Source of the DNA: Octopus sinensis
Taxonomy: Eukaryota
Assembly: GCF_006345805.1 (NCBI RefSeq)
Contig: NC_043006.1
Span: 20,646,001 to 20,710,000, forward strand
DNA length: 64,000 nucleotides
Direction of reading: 5' to 3'
The notes under the pieces were generated by a model, which saw only the letters and a program-made list of their open reading frames with translations, was not told where the DNA came from and did not search any database. Both the position numbers and the translations under genes were made by a program. The number at the start of each line of letters is the position of its first letter. The stretch's first letter is position 1. Of this stretch, positions 37,291 to 49,399 are shown piece after piece.

Positions 37291-38189
37291 GCCAGAGATA
37301 CCCAAAATGTGACTAAAACAGTAGAAGAATTCAAAGAGAAAAGAAAGGACAACAGAATGAACAAATGGAAAGAAATGGAACTGCATGGCCAATTCATGCA
37401 ACAAACCGGAAATACGGAAGTGAATCACGCTGAGGGGAACGGGAATCATGACGGACGGGAACGTGAAACGAGGAACAGAAACGTTAATTATAGTCGATCA
37501 TGACCAAAGCCATAGAACAAATCTAAAAAAGGCAAAGATCGACAAAACTTAGTCAGACAGCAAATATAGAGTCTGCAGGAAAGAATACGAAAGTATCAGT
37601 GACATTTTCAGTGTGTGCAGTATACTAACACTAAAGAAATACAAGCGCAGACATGGCTGTAGACAAAGGAATATATTGGGATGTTAGTCGAGTATGTGGC
37701 TTTAAAACAACAGAAAAGCGTTATGAACACGAACTAGAAGCTGTGATGGAAAATGAGAATTGCAAAATCTTGTGGGACTTTGCTATAAAGACTGACCGTA
37801 CGATGGAGACAAGAAGACCAGATGTGATTATAATGGACAAAATAAACAAAGTACGATAATAAATTTTGAAATTTCCTATGATAGCAGAGTTGATACTAAA
37901 GAAACTGAAAAAAAATTGAGAAATACCAGTATTTAACCAGAGGGCTGAAGTGACTGTGGAAGACCAAGACAAAAAAATTTTCCCGTAGTAATAAGTGCAC
38001 TTGGTACAACACCCAAAAATGCTTTCTAAAAGGCTGAAAGAGATTGGGTTTGAACCTCGTATTTGCCGACCTGCAGAAAAGTACCAACCTATATCCTGCG
38101 AGAATCCCACGAAAAACTCTGGAGATTTGAGGAAACTTGTTGTCAACAAACATTAAAATAAAATACTTGCTAACTAAATTAGCATGCAC

Positions 38190-38410
<221 letters not shown>

Positions 38411-38574
38411 AATATTAATTTATAGATAGTAAGAAATGTTTTTCAACTAAGACTCCACATGAATGAAAGTCGGATGGTGACCTTGACAATGCTGTCACTA
38501 CTAGTTTATTAACATTATAATTAGAAGATTATCCAATATAGGAGAATAAGTGGTCTTTAATTAAACAGCCAATT

Positions 38575-38783
38575 ATTATAATAATAATAAATCTCTGAAC
38601 GAGAAACTGCAGTCCGTGCGTATCACTTAGGTTGACGAGGAGGGATGACCTCCCTTTGCAAATACCATAAGGGCACAGAAAGTGTGCCTAAAGCCAGCTG
38701 GAGACGATGTTCTCCTGGGGCTACAAGCTACAGTAACATCCACCCTTAGCGGTTAGCCATATTGAGATGGCAAGTATACCTCA
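38575..38783 (-). mobile_element. ~205-bp unclassified retroposon (family F) with (ATT)n tail
   Basis: Same sequence as the arms at 53124-53492, with the same 5' end TGAGGTATAC. Confidence 0.75.
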
Positions 38784-39011
38784 TATATTATAATAATGCT
38801 TTAGAAAAAAGCAGCTTTCAACCAGAAACAGCGACAGAAAAAATACAGAAATTATGTTGCCTGGTTTAACTCACTCAGAAATACGACTTAAAAATCAAAT
38901 ATCGCTGGAAGTTCAAATTTAAAGAAAACATTTTCATCTGTTCATAAGTTCCATAATTTTCTAATAATAAAATGTCAAGATCAGTAACAATTTGCAGTGT
39001 CCACAGCATAA

Positions 39012-39528
39012 TCTATATATATAAAACTGTAGTTGTGTGAGTGTCTGTCTCCTACGATTTAGATTCCTAACTACTCCCACATTTTGCGGTGCAGTGTAAC
39101 CAAATTCGGGTATCTTATAGTCGTGATTAATATCGAGCCCGTCTGAGTATTAGCGCGCGTCTACGATGAGTCTACGATTTAAAAAATAATTTAACATCAT
39201 TTTTTATTCCATTTTAATGCATAATTTTTCGTGTGTCGATGGCGGCGGAGTTGGCGTCCACGCTCAAACACCTGCACCTGTGTTTGCTTCTTTCCCTTCT
39301 TCCCTCCCTCGTGAAGCTGTGGGGAAGGGAGTGTAAGGAAATCAACGTCGTAATGCGTTGTCAAGGAGACCAGCGTTCTTTTAGAACAACGACTTCATGG
39401 CTTGAAGACACCAAAACAGAAATGGCTAAGAAAGCCCGAATTGGCATCTATAAGGGAAGTAACTCTCTAAAAATGCTTATATAGTTATTTCCCTTATAAG
39501 CCCCAGCAACGCCGGGCGATACTGCTAG
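39012..39528 (+). mobile_element. Non-autonomous Helitron (family H2)
   Basis: A|TCTATATATATAAAA ... GCAACGCCGGGCGATACTGCTAG|T. Confidence 0.88.
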
Positions 39529-39811
39529 TTATGTATACAACTTTAAGGAGTCAGTCCGAACAAAATGACGAACGTAACCGCTGGTCTACACAATCCGGTA
39601 CGCTTAATGAAAAATACAATTGTCGAAAAAGCAAAGGTAAAAATTATTTTTAGGTAGTTGTACAGAAACAAATAAATCTTACATCTGCATGTGCAAAGGC
39701 AAGCAAATATAAGATTTTCTTAATAACAAATCCGTCTACAGAAATGAGAAAAAGAAAAATAATAGAAACTTATCCAAATATGTATGGCATGTGAAAGAAC
39801 GGTGCGTGACC

Positions 39812-40190
39812 TCCTGGGCGAAATGCGTAGCCGTATTTCGTCTGCCGTTACGTTCTAAGTTCAAAGGTCGACTTTGCCTTTCATCCTTTCGGGGTCGATA
39901 AATTAAGTACCAGTTACGCACTAGGGTCAATGTAATCGACTTGATCCGTTTGTCTGTCCTTGTTTGTCCCCTCTGTGTTTGGCCCCTTGTGGGTAGTAAA
40001 GAAATAGGTATTTCGTCTGCCGCTACGTTCTGAGTTCAAACTCCGCCATGGTCGACTTTGCCTTTCATCCTTTCGGGGTCGATAAATTAAGTACCAGTTA
40101 TGCACTGGTGTCGATGTAATCGACTTGATCCGTTTGTCTGTCCTTGTTTGTCCCCTCTGCGTTTAGCCCCTTGTGGGTTATAAAGAAACA
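39812..40190 (+). mobile_element. SINE family A dimer
   Basis: Junction GAAATAG|GTATTTCGTCTG at 40007/40008. Confidence 0.88.
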
Positions 40191-40301
40191 GATATTAACT
40201 GACAAATCATTGAACATAACGTACCCTACATAAATGGGACAATGCAATATAAACGATGTGTGACAAAAAACTACCACATGTTAATAACATATATTGAAAG
40301 G

Positions 40302-40688
40302 GTGGAGGCGCAATGGCCCAGTGGTTAGGGCAGCGGACTCGCGGTCATAGGATCGCGGTTTCGATTCTCAGACCGGGCGTTGTGAGTGTTTATTGAGCGA
40401 AAACACCTAAAGCTCCACGAGGCTCCGGCAGGGGATGGTGGTTATCCCTGCTGTACTCTTTCACCACAACTTTCTCTCACTCCTACTTCCTGTTTCTGTT
40501 GTACCTGTATTTCAAGGGGCCGGCCTTGTCACTCTCTGTGTCACGCTGAATATCCCCGAGAACTACGTTAAGGGTACACGTGTCTGTGGAGTGCTCAGCC
40601 ACTTACACGTTAATTTCACGAGCAGGCTGTTCCGTTGATTCGGATCAACCGCAACCCTCGTCGTCGTAACCGACGGAGTGCTTCCATC
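40302..40688 (+). mobile_element. SINE family C
   Basis: TSD ATATTGAAAGG at 40291-40301 and 40689-40699. Confidence 0.93.
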
Positions 40689-40950
40689 ATATTGAAAGGA
40701 AAAAGAACAAATACTCTGAACACTACCGCTCCCACACAAGGAGTGTAAACTTCATTAAGAATAGTACCAACCGAAAAGTATGAAGGACGCCGCCACTCGC
40801 TACTGAAGAGCAACAGAAACTCCGTTCGTAGTAACTTAAATCACTTCTTCATTGGCACGCTATTGGTCTCTCTTTCAGTTTCAAAAATGTGTGTGTGTGT
40901 GTGTGTGTGTGTGCATAAGAAGCCTAGCTCTAACTATAGTTAACTACATA

Positions 40951-41182
40951 AGGCGGCGAGCTGGCAGAAACGTTAGCACGCCGGGCGAAGTGCTTAGCGG
41001 TATTTCGTCTGCCGTTACGTTCTGAGTTCAAATTCCGCCGAGGTCGACTTTGCCTTTCATCCTTTCGGGGTCGATAAATTAAGTACCAGTTACGCACTGG
41101 GGTCGATGTTATCGACTTAATCCGTTTGTCTATCCTTGTTTGTCCCCTCTATATTTAGCCCCTTGTGGGTAGTAAAGAAACA
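40951..41182 (+). mobile_element. SINE family A
   Basis: TSD TATAGTTAACTACATAA at 40935-40951 and 41183-41199. Confidence 0.95.
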
Positions 41183-41339
41183 TATAGTTAACTACATAAA
41201 TGGTTTAAGTCTGCTATCTGTAATTCGTACTCTATCTTCTAACTTCTTAATTTTAGTTTTAATAAACAGTTTATTCGGTTAGTTTATTTTCTATAACTAG
41301 ACACACAGTTAATAAATATTGATCGATGCTTGTCTCTTT

Positions 41340-41508
41340 TTCCCTAGCACATAGTGGTATGGAAGACGCGAGCAAAAGGGATTGCGAAAGGGATCAATTC
41401 ATCTCCGGACGTGGGCTGGTGAATTACTTCGCTGCCCATCTGTCCAGCAAGATCCGTCCGGAGAGGAGGAGCCTGCCGCAAAAAGCCTTTGAGAAAAGAT
41501 GGACGACA
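41340..41508 (+). mobile_element. L1/Tx1-like C-terminal relic
   Basis: FAAHLSSKIRPERRSLPQKAFEKRW parallels the end of the 5.1-kb relic. Confidence 0.4.
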
Positions 41509-41920
41509 GGGGTGGCTGTGTGGTAAGTAGCTTGCTTATGAACTACATGGTTCCGGGTTCAGTCCCACTGCGTGGCATCTTGGGCAAATGTCTTCTACTA
41601 TAGCCTCGGGCCGACCAAAGCCTTGTGAGTGGATTTGGTAGACGGAAACTGAAAGAAGCCTGTCGTATGTATATATATATATATATATGTATGTATGTGT
41701 GTGTGTTTGTGTGCCTGCTGTGTTTGTCCCCCTAGCATTGCTTGACAACCGATCCTGGTGTGTTTACGTCCCCGTCACTTAGCGGTTCGGCAAAAAGTGA
41801 CCGATAGAATAAGTACTGGGCTTACAAAAGAATAAGTCCCGGGGTCGATTTGCTCGACTAAAGGCGGTGCTCCAGCATGGCCGCAGTCAAATGACTGAAA
41901 CAAGTAAAAGTAAAAGTAAA
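41509..41920 (+). mobile_element. SINE family B
   Basis: Match to B consensus. Confidence 0.92.
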
Positions 41921-42021
41921 AGGGGTAAAAAAAAAGGATGAGAATGCACGAGGCTGTGCTTGCACGGTCGGTCGGAGCATAAAAGGAAGGGAAAAGATTA
42001 CCAAAAAGGGATAGGGATAAC

Positions 42022-42207
42022 CATCATCATCATCATTGTTCGACCGTGGTCGAGACAATGGAATTTACCACGCTACGCCAGACTTCATGGTCCATCGTAG
42101 CATTACGGAGGTCCTGTTGCTTGATGCCTGTATGTATCCCTGGAGATTACATCAGGGTAGGAGAGTGTGCGCCCTCTGGTATTGCGAGTAGATGGCTTCC
42201 AGAGGAG
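42022..42207 (-). mobile_element. RTE-like LINE 3' end (short)
   Basis: Reverse complement of 43055-43230; (TGA)n tail. Confidence 0.85.
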
Positions 42208-42381
42208 GGTTAACTCACTAACCAGGACCCAAAACTCATCCGATCAGCATTTATATTTATATTTTTAACCCTCATCCAAAATATATGTAAGTCCATCCGT
42301 TTTTTCCCACTGTATGTAAGAAGCGAGTTTGTACCCTGAATGTTCCTTGTCTGTCCTTGTTATTTCCCTTCTACGTAAACC

Positions 42382-42728
42382 ATGCGTGAAGGCGCATGGC
42401 TCAGTGGTTAGAGCGTCGAGCTTACGATCGTGAGGTTGTGGAGCTCGAATCCCGGACCGGGCTGCATGTTGTGTTCTCGAGCAAGACACTTTATTTTCAC
42501 GTCGCTCCAGTTCACTCAGCTGTAGAAATGAGTTGCGACGTCACAGGTGCCAAGCTGTATCGGCCCCTTTTGCCTTTCCCTTGGATAACACTGGTGGCGT
42601 GGAGAGGGGAGGCCGGTATGCATGGGCGACTGCTGGTCTTCCATAAACAACCTTGCCCGGACTTGTGTCTAGGAGGGTAACTTTCTAGGTGCAATCCCAT
42701 GGTCACTCATGACCGAAGTGGGGGTCTT
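42382..42728 (+). mobile_element. SINE family D (tRNA head, CORE-like body)
   Basis: TGGCTCAGTGGTTAGAGC..GCTCGAATCCC head, TTCTCGAGCAAGACACTT CORE-like segment; TSD TACGTAAACC at 42372-42381 and 42729-42738. Confidence 0.88.
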
Positions 42729-42904
42729 TACGTAAACCTTTTATAGGTTAATAAAGAAATATACCTAGGACATAGTTTGGGAAGGTTAGATAAAAGGCAC
42801 GTTGTTCCAGTAGTTTATATTCAGTTCGTTTTTAGTGTGGTTTAATGTCTGGAATATGTTATAGAATGAAACAAAGCGTATCTATTAGTCTATGTTCTTT
42901 CATT

Positions 42905-43230
42905 AATGCATGTTTGATGTTCTAGGTTTGTTGTTCCACCAAAATGCAAATATATGGGAAACTACCACCTGTGTCGTCTCTTGTGAAAGGTAGGAGAGTC
43001 CAGTTTGCTGGACATTGTTGTAGAGCTGAAAAAGAAGTAATTTCTACTCTTCTCCTCTGGAAGCCATCTACTCGCAATACCAGAGGGCGCACACTCTCCT
43101 ACCCTGATGTAATCTCCAGGGATACAGGCATCCAGCAACAGGACCTCCGTAATGCCATGATGGACCGTGAAGTCTGGCGTAGCATGGTAAATTCCATTGT
43201 CTCGACCACAGTCAAACAATGATGATGATG
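42905..43230 (+). mobile_element. RTE-like LINE 3' end with (TGA)n tail
   Basis: RRVQFAGHCCR...LLLWKP..RGR..YPDVISRDTG...AMMDREVWR. Confidence 0.88.
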
Positions 43231-43415
43231 TTCCTTGTTATTATCATGTTGTGTAGCGGTGGTTCGGTAGATTTTGTTCAACACGTTTAGTTCGCTAGTT
43301 CTGTTTTGTCCTATAGTGTTCTGAATCACAATGTCATTTGTGGGTGGAATTTCTTCGTTAATAAATACGTTTTTTTCATTTGTAGCTTTGTGGCTATCAG
43401 TCAATACTTTTTTTT

Positions 43416-43838
43416 GTATCTTTTCGGTTTGAACGGCAGTTTTTTCTAGCTGTGTCATATGAAATTGTCACCCATAATTATGACCCTAGTATCGATCTAT
43501 TGCATTTGAATCTGTTTTAGGGTTAGGGTTAGTTAGGGTTAGGGGTGGGGGGAAGGGTATCTTTTTTTCTTCAGAAATGTACATAAACCCAATCTGTTTC
43601 TTAAACGAGGGACATATTCATACGGCACAGAATGTTTTCTACCTCAATGGACGTCCGTGATTGGTTGAAATTGCAGAAATTGAAGAAAAAAACAACAAAT
43701 ATCTTACAATCTATAGAATTTTCTCAAAGCCAAGAGAAAAAGATGTTTTATAAACACATTCTACCAGTATACAAAGTTTAAAATTTTTTCGTTACCTAGA
43801 AATTATGTTAAAAACTGCCGTTCAAACCGAAAAGATCC
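43416..43838 (+). mobile_element. GGATC-TIR MITE copy
   Basis: Colinear with 15771-16199. Confidence 0.9.
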
Positions 43839-43930
43839 CTTCTTTTATATTCGGTGTTGACGCAATGGGCACATTACTCTAATATTTCCATCCTGTTGCT
43901 TGTCTATTGATTCCCAGGTAGCGTTTATGT

Positions 43931-44300
43931 TAAGGCGGCGAGCTGGCAGAAACGTTAGCACACCGGGCGAAATGCGTAGCCGTATTTTGTCTGCCATTAC
44001 GTTCTGAGTTCAAATTCTGCCGAGGTCGACTTTGCCTTTCATCCTTTCGGGGTCGATAAATTAAGTACCAGTTACGCACTGGGGTGGATGTAATCGACTT
44101 AATCCGTTTGTTTGTCCTCTCTGTGTTTAGCCCCTTGTGGGTAGTAAGGAAATAGGTATTTCGTCTGTCTACGTTCTGAGTTCAAATTCCGCCGAGGTCT
44201 ATTTTGCCCTTCATCCTTTCGGGATCGATAAATTAAGTACCAGTTACGCACTGGGGTCGATGTAATCGACTTAATCCGCGTGTCTGTCCTTGTTTGTACC
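43931..44300 (+). mobile_element. SINE family A dimer (second unit 3'-truncated)
   Basis: Junction at 44155/44156. Confidence 0.9.
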
Positions 44301-44371
44301 CATAATATATGGTTGATGATTTCTAGTTTAGGAAGTTTTATGACACACACACACACACACACCTATATATT

Positions 44372-44604
44372 TTTTCTTTACTACCCACAAGGGGCTAAAC
44401 GCAGAGGGGACAAACAAGGACAGACAAACGAATTAAGTCGATTACATCGACCCCAGTGCGTAACTGGTACTTAATTTATCGACTCCGAAAGGATGAAAGG
44501 CAAAGACGACCTCGGCGAAATTTGAACTCAGAACGTAACGTCAGACGAAATACGGCTACGCATCTCGCCCGGCGTGCTAACGATTCTGCCAGCTCGCCGC
44601 CTTA
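44372..44604 (-). mobile_element. SINE family A
   Basis: Full length, tail-to-tail with the preceding dimer. Confidence 0.92.
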
Positions 44605-44926
44605 ACACACAACTATATACAGCTATACAATATATATGCATGTATATATGTATCTCCTCTATGAGTACGCCTTAACTGTCTCATCTTGGTCTTAATTTTA
44701 CGTATATTTTTAATAGGTCTTTCCTTTATGTTCTGGTACCAGATGGATGTCATTTGATGCTGCATATAACAGCACTTGAGACCCTTTACGTAGTCTTAAA
44801 AACACAATTCTATGCTAGCAATCTACTGGTATTGACAATTCACTTTTAACATATCGTGTCCCTTCGTGTAGTGTCGATAGTAACGTTGTGATACCCAACT
44901 CTATTTAATTGTTGGACACGATTTCA

Positions 44927-45330
44927 TACTCTTTTATACTCTTCTACTTGTTTCAGTCATTTAACCGTGGCCATGCTGGAGCACCGCCTTTAGTCGAGCA
45001 AATCGACCCCAGGACATATTTTTTGTAAGCCTAGTACTTATTCTATCTCTCTTTTGCCGAACTGCTAAGTTACGGGGACGTAAACACACCAGCATCGGTT
45101 GTCAAGCGATGTTGGGGGGGGGGGACAAACACAGACACGCAAACATATACACACACATAAATATATACGACGGGCTTCTTTCAGTTTTCGTCTACCAAAT
45201 CCACTCACAAGGCTTTGGTTGGCCCGAGACAATAGTAGAAGACACTTTCCCATGGTGTCACGCAGTGGGGCTGAACCCGGAACCATGTGGTTCGTAAGCA
45301 AGCTACTTACCACACAGCCACTCCTACGCC
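44927..45330 (-). mobile_element. SINE family B
   Basis: Match to B consensus. Confidence 0.9.
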
Positions 45331-45500
45331 TATATACCTAACTCTATGTAATTGTTGAACATGATTTGATATAATATCTATGTAAGGATCGAAACCCTGT
45401 CGTCAAGAATTCAGTACTACTCAACGACACCCTATTATACATACATGCACACCCTTATAGATGACGAACAAACAGAGAATATTAAAAAAAAGGAAAAAGC

Positions 45501-45572
45501 ACGAGAGTAGTATAGTGGTAAGTATCCCCGCCTGTCACGCGGGAGACCGGGGTTCGATTCCCCGCCGGGGAG
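45501..45572 (+). pseudogene. tRNA-Asp(GTC) copy lacking a pairing 5' acceptor strand
   Basis: Positions 8-72 read TAGTATAGTGGTAAGTATCCCCGCCTGTCACGCGGGAGACCGGGGTTCGATTCCCCGCCGGGGAG (anticodon GTC at 45534-45536). The first 7 nt ACGAGAG cannot pair with CCGGGGA. Confidence 0.85.
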
Positions 45573-45584
45573 GCTGCTTTCCTT

Positions 45585-46007
45585 AGACGCAGGAGTGGCT
45601 GTGTGGTAAGTAGCTTGCTAACCAACCACATGGTTCCGGGTTCAGTCCCACTGCGTGGCACCTTGGGCAAGTGTCTACTACTATAGCCTCGGGCCGACCA
45701 AAGCCTTGTGAGTGGATTTGGTAGACGGAAACTGAAAGAAGCCCGTCGTATATATGTATACATATATATATATGTGTGTTTGTGTGTCTGTGTTTGTCCC
45801 CCTAGCATTGCTTGACAACCGATGCTGGTGTGCTTATGTCCCCGTTACTTAGCGGTTCGGCAAAAGAGACCGATAGAATAAGTACCGGGCTTACAAAAAG
45901 AATAAGTCCCGGGGTCGAGTTGCTCGATTAAAGGCGGTGCTCCAGCATGGCCGCAGTCAAATGACTGAAACAAGTAAAAGAGTAAAAGAGTAAAGAGATT
46001 AAAAGAG
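45585..46007 (+). mobile_element. SINE family B, full length
   Basis: Match to B consensus; starts 12 nt after the tRNA-Asp copy. Confidence 0.93.
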
Positions 46008-46813
46008 TTAAAAAAAAAGAAAAATAATGTAGAATCTTGGATACAGAGAGAATACGATAAATACTTGAAAATGGATGCGCAAAAATAAGAATTAATGTTT
46101 CTGCAGAAGAATTACACCAGAGGAATAAAAATCGTTCGATGACTCAAAATAAAAGAGGGAGATCAATGGATATATCGGAAAAACTTGTCGGCTGATTATA
46201 ACTCTATATCTCCAATTTCCCTGGGGAGTGTATCGTGAAGAGACTGGTTAACTGTTTGAAGTTGGGAGAACATCCAGTAACTAGGTATTTAACCTAATTC
46301 ATTGTCACTAGATATTATATATATCTGATACCCTCGCAAAGAATATAAACCGCTGCCATAATTATGCACAAAAATCTCTATTATCTTGCATTATTGTAAA
46401 CTGTTTTCTATTCTAACATTGTTTTCTTGAATTTTCTTTCTATGAAGAGAAATGGGGAAAAAACGTGAGAACTTCAGCTTATCACAAAAGAGAATTTAAC
46501 CTCTTTCACCGACATTAAAACCAAACAATGGCTTTCTTAATGGAGACTAAAAACCATTTTCAGGAAATCTTTTGTTTTAGTACCACGTTAATATTTTCTG
46601 TTTTTACGTTGTTTTTTTTTTTTTTGCTTTTTTTTTTGGTTTTACATAAAGCGGCAAGCTGCTAGAATCGATAGCTCGCTGTTCAAAATGCTTAGCGGCA
46701 TTTCGTCCGTTTTTATGTTCTAAATTCAAATTCTTTTGCCTTCCATCATTTCGGGGTCGATAAAATAAATACCAGTGGAACACTGGGTCGATGTAATCGG
46801 CTTAGCCTATTAA

Positions 46814-47032
46814 CCCTTTAGTATTTAAACCGGCCATATCTGGCCAAAATATTTAATCTGTTTTATATTCAAACTGACCAGATCCAGGCTCTCACACCTA
46901 CCAAACAATGTTATTCTACATTAAGTAATTACACCATCAAGATCTTGAAGATACGAGATAATGCATGATTAATTCAAATCAATGGGAATCAATAAGCATT
47001 ATGTTTGATAAGATAATCTGAACACTAAAGGG
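46814..47032. mobile_element. piggyBac-type MITE
   Basis: TTAA|CCCTTTAGT ... ACTAAAGGG|TTAA. Confidence 0.88.
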
Positions 47033-47513
47033 TTAATATTTAATATTAACATTTTCTTTTTGTTTTGTTTTTACATAAGGCGGTGAGCAGGTAAAAACGA
47101 TAACACACCGGCCAAGATGCTTAGCGGCATTCCATCCGTCTTTACGCTCTGAGTTCAAATTCCACCGAGGTCGACTTTGCCTTTCATCCTTTCGGGATCG
47201 ATGTTGAACACTGGAAGTCTATGTTATCGACTTACCCCACCCTGAAATTGCTGGCCTTGAGCCAGAATTTGAAATCCAGTATATTTTAACATGCTAACAG
47301 AAAATGTCTGGTAAAATCGATGGAGTGGCGTACAAAATGTTTTGCTCTATTTAGTAATGAATATTTACATTTCAGTTCAAATTTAGCTGAGGACCCACTT
47401 AGCTTTTCTCATTCCGTCGTCCATAAAATAACTGCTAGTTATTGCTATTAATTTGTCTTCAAAAACATTCGAGCTACAACCATTTCGATTTGTTTTAGGT
47501 ATTGTGTATGCTC

Positions 47514-47825
47514 TGGAGGCGCAATGGCCCAGTGGTTAGGGCAGCGGACTTGCGGTCGGAGGATCACGGTTTCGATTCCCAGACCGGGCGTTGTGTGTGT
47601 TTATTGAGCAAAAACACCTAAAACTCCACGATGCTCCGGCAGAGGATGGTGGCGACCCCTGTTGTACTCTTTCGCCCCAACTTTCTCTCACTCTTGTTTC
47701 TTGAGTAACGCTTTGATGGACTGGCGTCCCGTCCACCTGGATGGGGTGGAAGGGGCACATACGCCATAGAAACCGGGAAACCGGGCCCATGAGCCTGGCT
47801 AGGCTTGAAAAGGGCGCACAACTAA
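47514..47825 (+). mobile_element. SINE C-head variant with a different 3' body
   Basis: First ~180 nt match family C; then GATGGACTGGCGTCCCGTCC... and a distinct tail. Confidence 0.8.
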
Positions 47826-47863
47826 ATAAATATTGTGTATGGGGGGCTATTATCTAATACTCT

Positions 47864-48268
47864 CTCTTTTACTCTTTTACTTGTTTCAGTCATTTGACTG
47901 CGGCCATGCTGGAGCACCGCCTTTAGTCGAGCAAATCGACCCCGGGACTTATTCTTTGTAAGCCCAGTACTTATTCTATCGGTCTCTTTTGCCGAACCGC
48001 TAAGTAACGGGGACGTGAACACACCAGCATCGGTTGTCAAGCAATACTAGGGGGACAAACACAGACACACAAACATATACACACACACACATATATATAT
48101 ACATATATACGATGGGCTTCTTTCAGTTTCCGTCTACCAAATCCACTCACAAGGCATTGGTCGGCCCGGGGCTATAGCAGAAGACACTTGCCCAAGATGC
48201 CACGCAGTGGGACTGAACCCGGAATCATGTGGTTGGTTAGTAAGCTACTTACCACACAGCCACTCCTG
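47864..48268 (-). mobile_element. SINE family B
   Basis: Match to B consensus. Confidence 0.92.
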
Positions 48269-49399
48269 AGCAATTTTCTTAAAAAAATAAAAAGATGCAA
48301 GGGTGATTTGGAAAAGAAGAATTGTTTCTTATTTCTAACAGATCAGTCGACCTCGTTGAAGGATCCTTGTTGCTTTGAATGAATGCTTATTTCTTTGGTA
48401 GATTTAATTATCCTGCGCAGATCTATCCTGACCTGTTATATTGTGCCAATATTGCTTTCAAATTTTGACACAAGGCCAGAATTTTGTGAGAAGAGTTAAG
48501 TCGGTTACATCAACCCCCAGCGTTCATCTGGTACTTATTTTATTGACCCCCGAAAGGATGACAGGTAAAGTCGACCTCGGGGGAATTTGAACTCAGAACG
48601 TAAAGTCGAATGAAATGTCGCGAAGCATTTTGCCCAGTGCGGTAACGATTCTGCCGGCTCGCTGTCTTGTATTGTGTAGCATTTTGCTCGTCTTTACGTT
48701 CTGAGTACCTGTTTCACCGTGGTTGACGTTGCCGATCGGGGTCGATAAAATAAGTACCAGTTGAATACTGAGGTCGATGTAATCGACTTATCCTTCCTCC
48801 ACCCAAATTGTTGGCTTTGTGCCAAAATTTAAAAAGAAATATTTCTAAATGAAAACGGGTACTGAGTTGCAGAATCTGTCACACGAGTGACAAAATGCCT
48901 TATATTTCCTTACCGCTCTTTATGCTCTGAGTTCAAATTCATCCGGGATCCACTTTACCTTTTATCCTTCCTTGGTCAATAGAATATAATACCAGTTTAA
49001 TACCATAGGCAATTTCGTCGACTGTATTCCTCCCATAAATTTGAGTGCATGTTCGTTTACCAGAAATCGATATGAATTTATGAAACGTTAAGTTTTCAGT
49101 TCAAATCTCACTAGGTTTTTAAAAAATTTTCTATTTAATTATTTATTTATATATTTATTCATTTTCCTTATCGAATTTCTAGAAACAATAAGAGAACCAA
49201 TCAAGTATCGCGGTCGTTTCAATCGATTAAGCATTTATTAAGAATTTCACAGATTTTCGAGAGCACGTGAAAAAACATATTGGGCTCGTGTACAACGAAG
49301 CGCATTTGACCTTTTCTCTAACAAAAAGGGTCTTTCAACGCAATATTTACTGGGTATTATTCGTAGCTTTATGAGTTTGATGTCCCAACTTCATGGATT

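Larger units (their letters stand above)
35632..38160 (+). mobile_element. R4/Dong-like LINE, decayed, carrying nested insertions
   Basis: FGLDKCVVLTMKRG, LQKLDRRTGKLLTMHNALHPKS, LYLPRR, KWKEMELHGQF, CKILWDFAIKTDRTMETRRPDVII (RLE PD..D), PVVISALG; (TAA)n follows. Confidence 0.85.

Noticed and set aside
38595-38614. Hammerhead-like CTGAACGA-GAAA-CTGCAG-TC in family F
   Set aside because: The palindromic stem III and GUC are suggestive, but the core has an extra base, there is no stem II, and no stem I pairing exists.
40803-40831. CTGAAGA-GCAACA-GAAA-CTCCG-TTC
   Set aside because: Stem I cannot form next to the core; likely chance.
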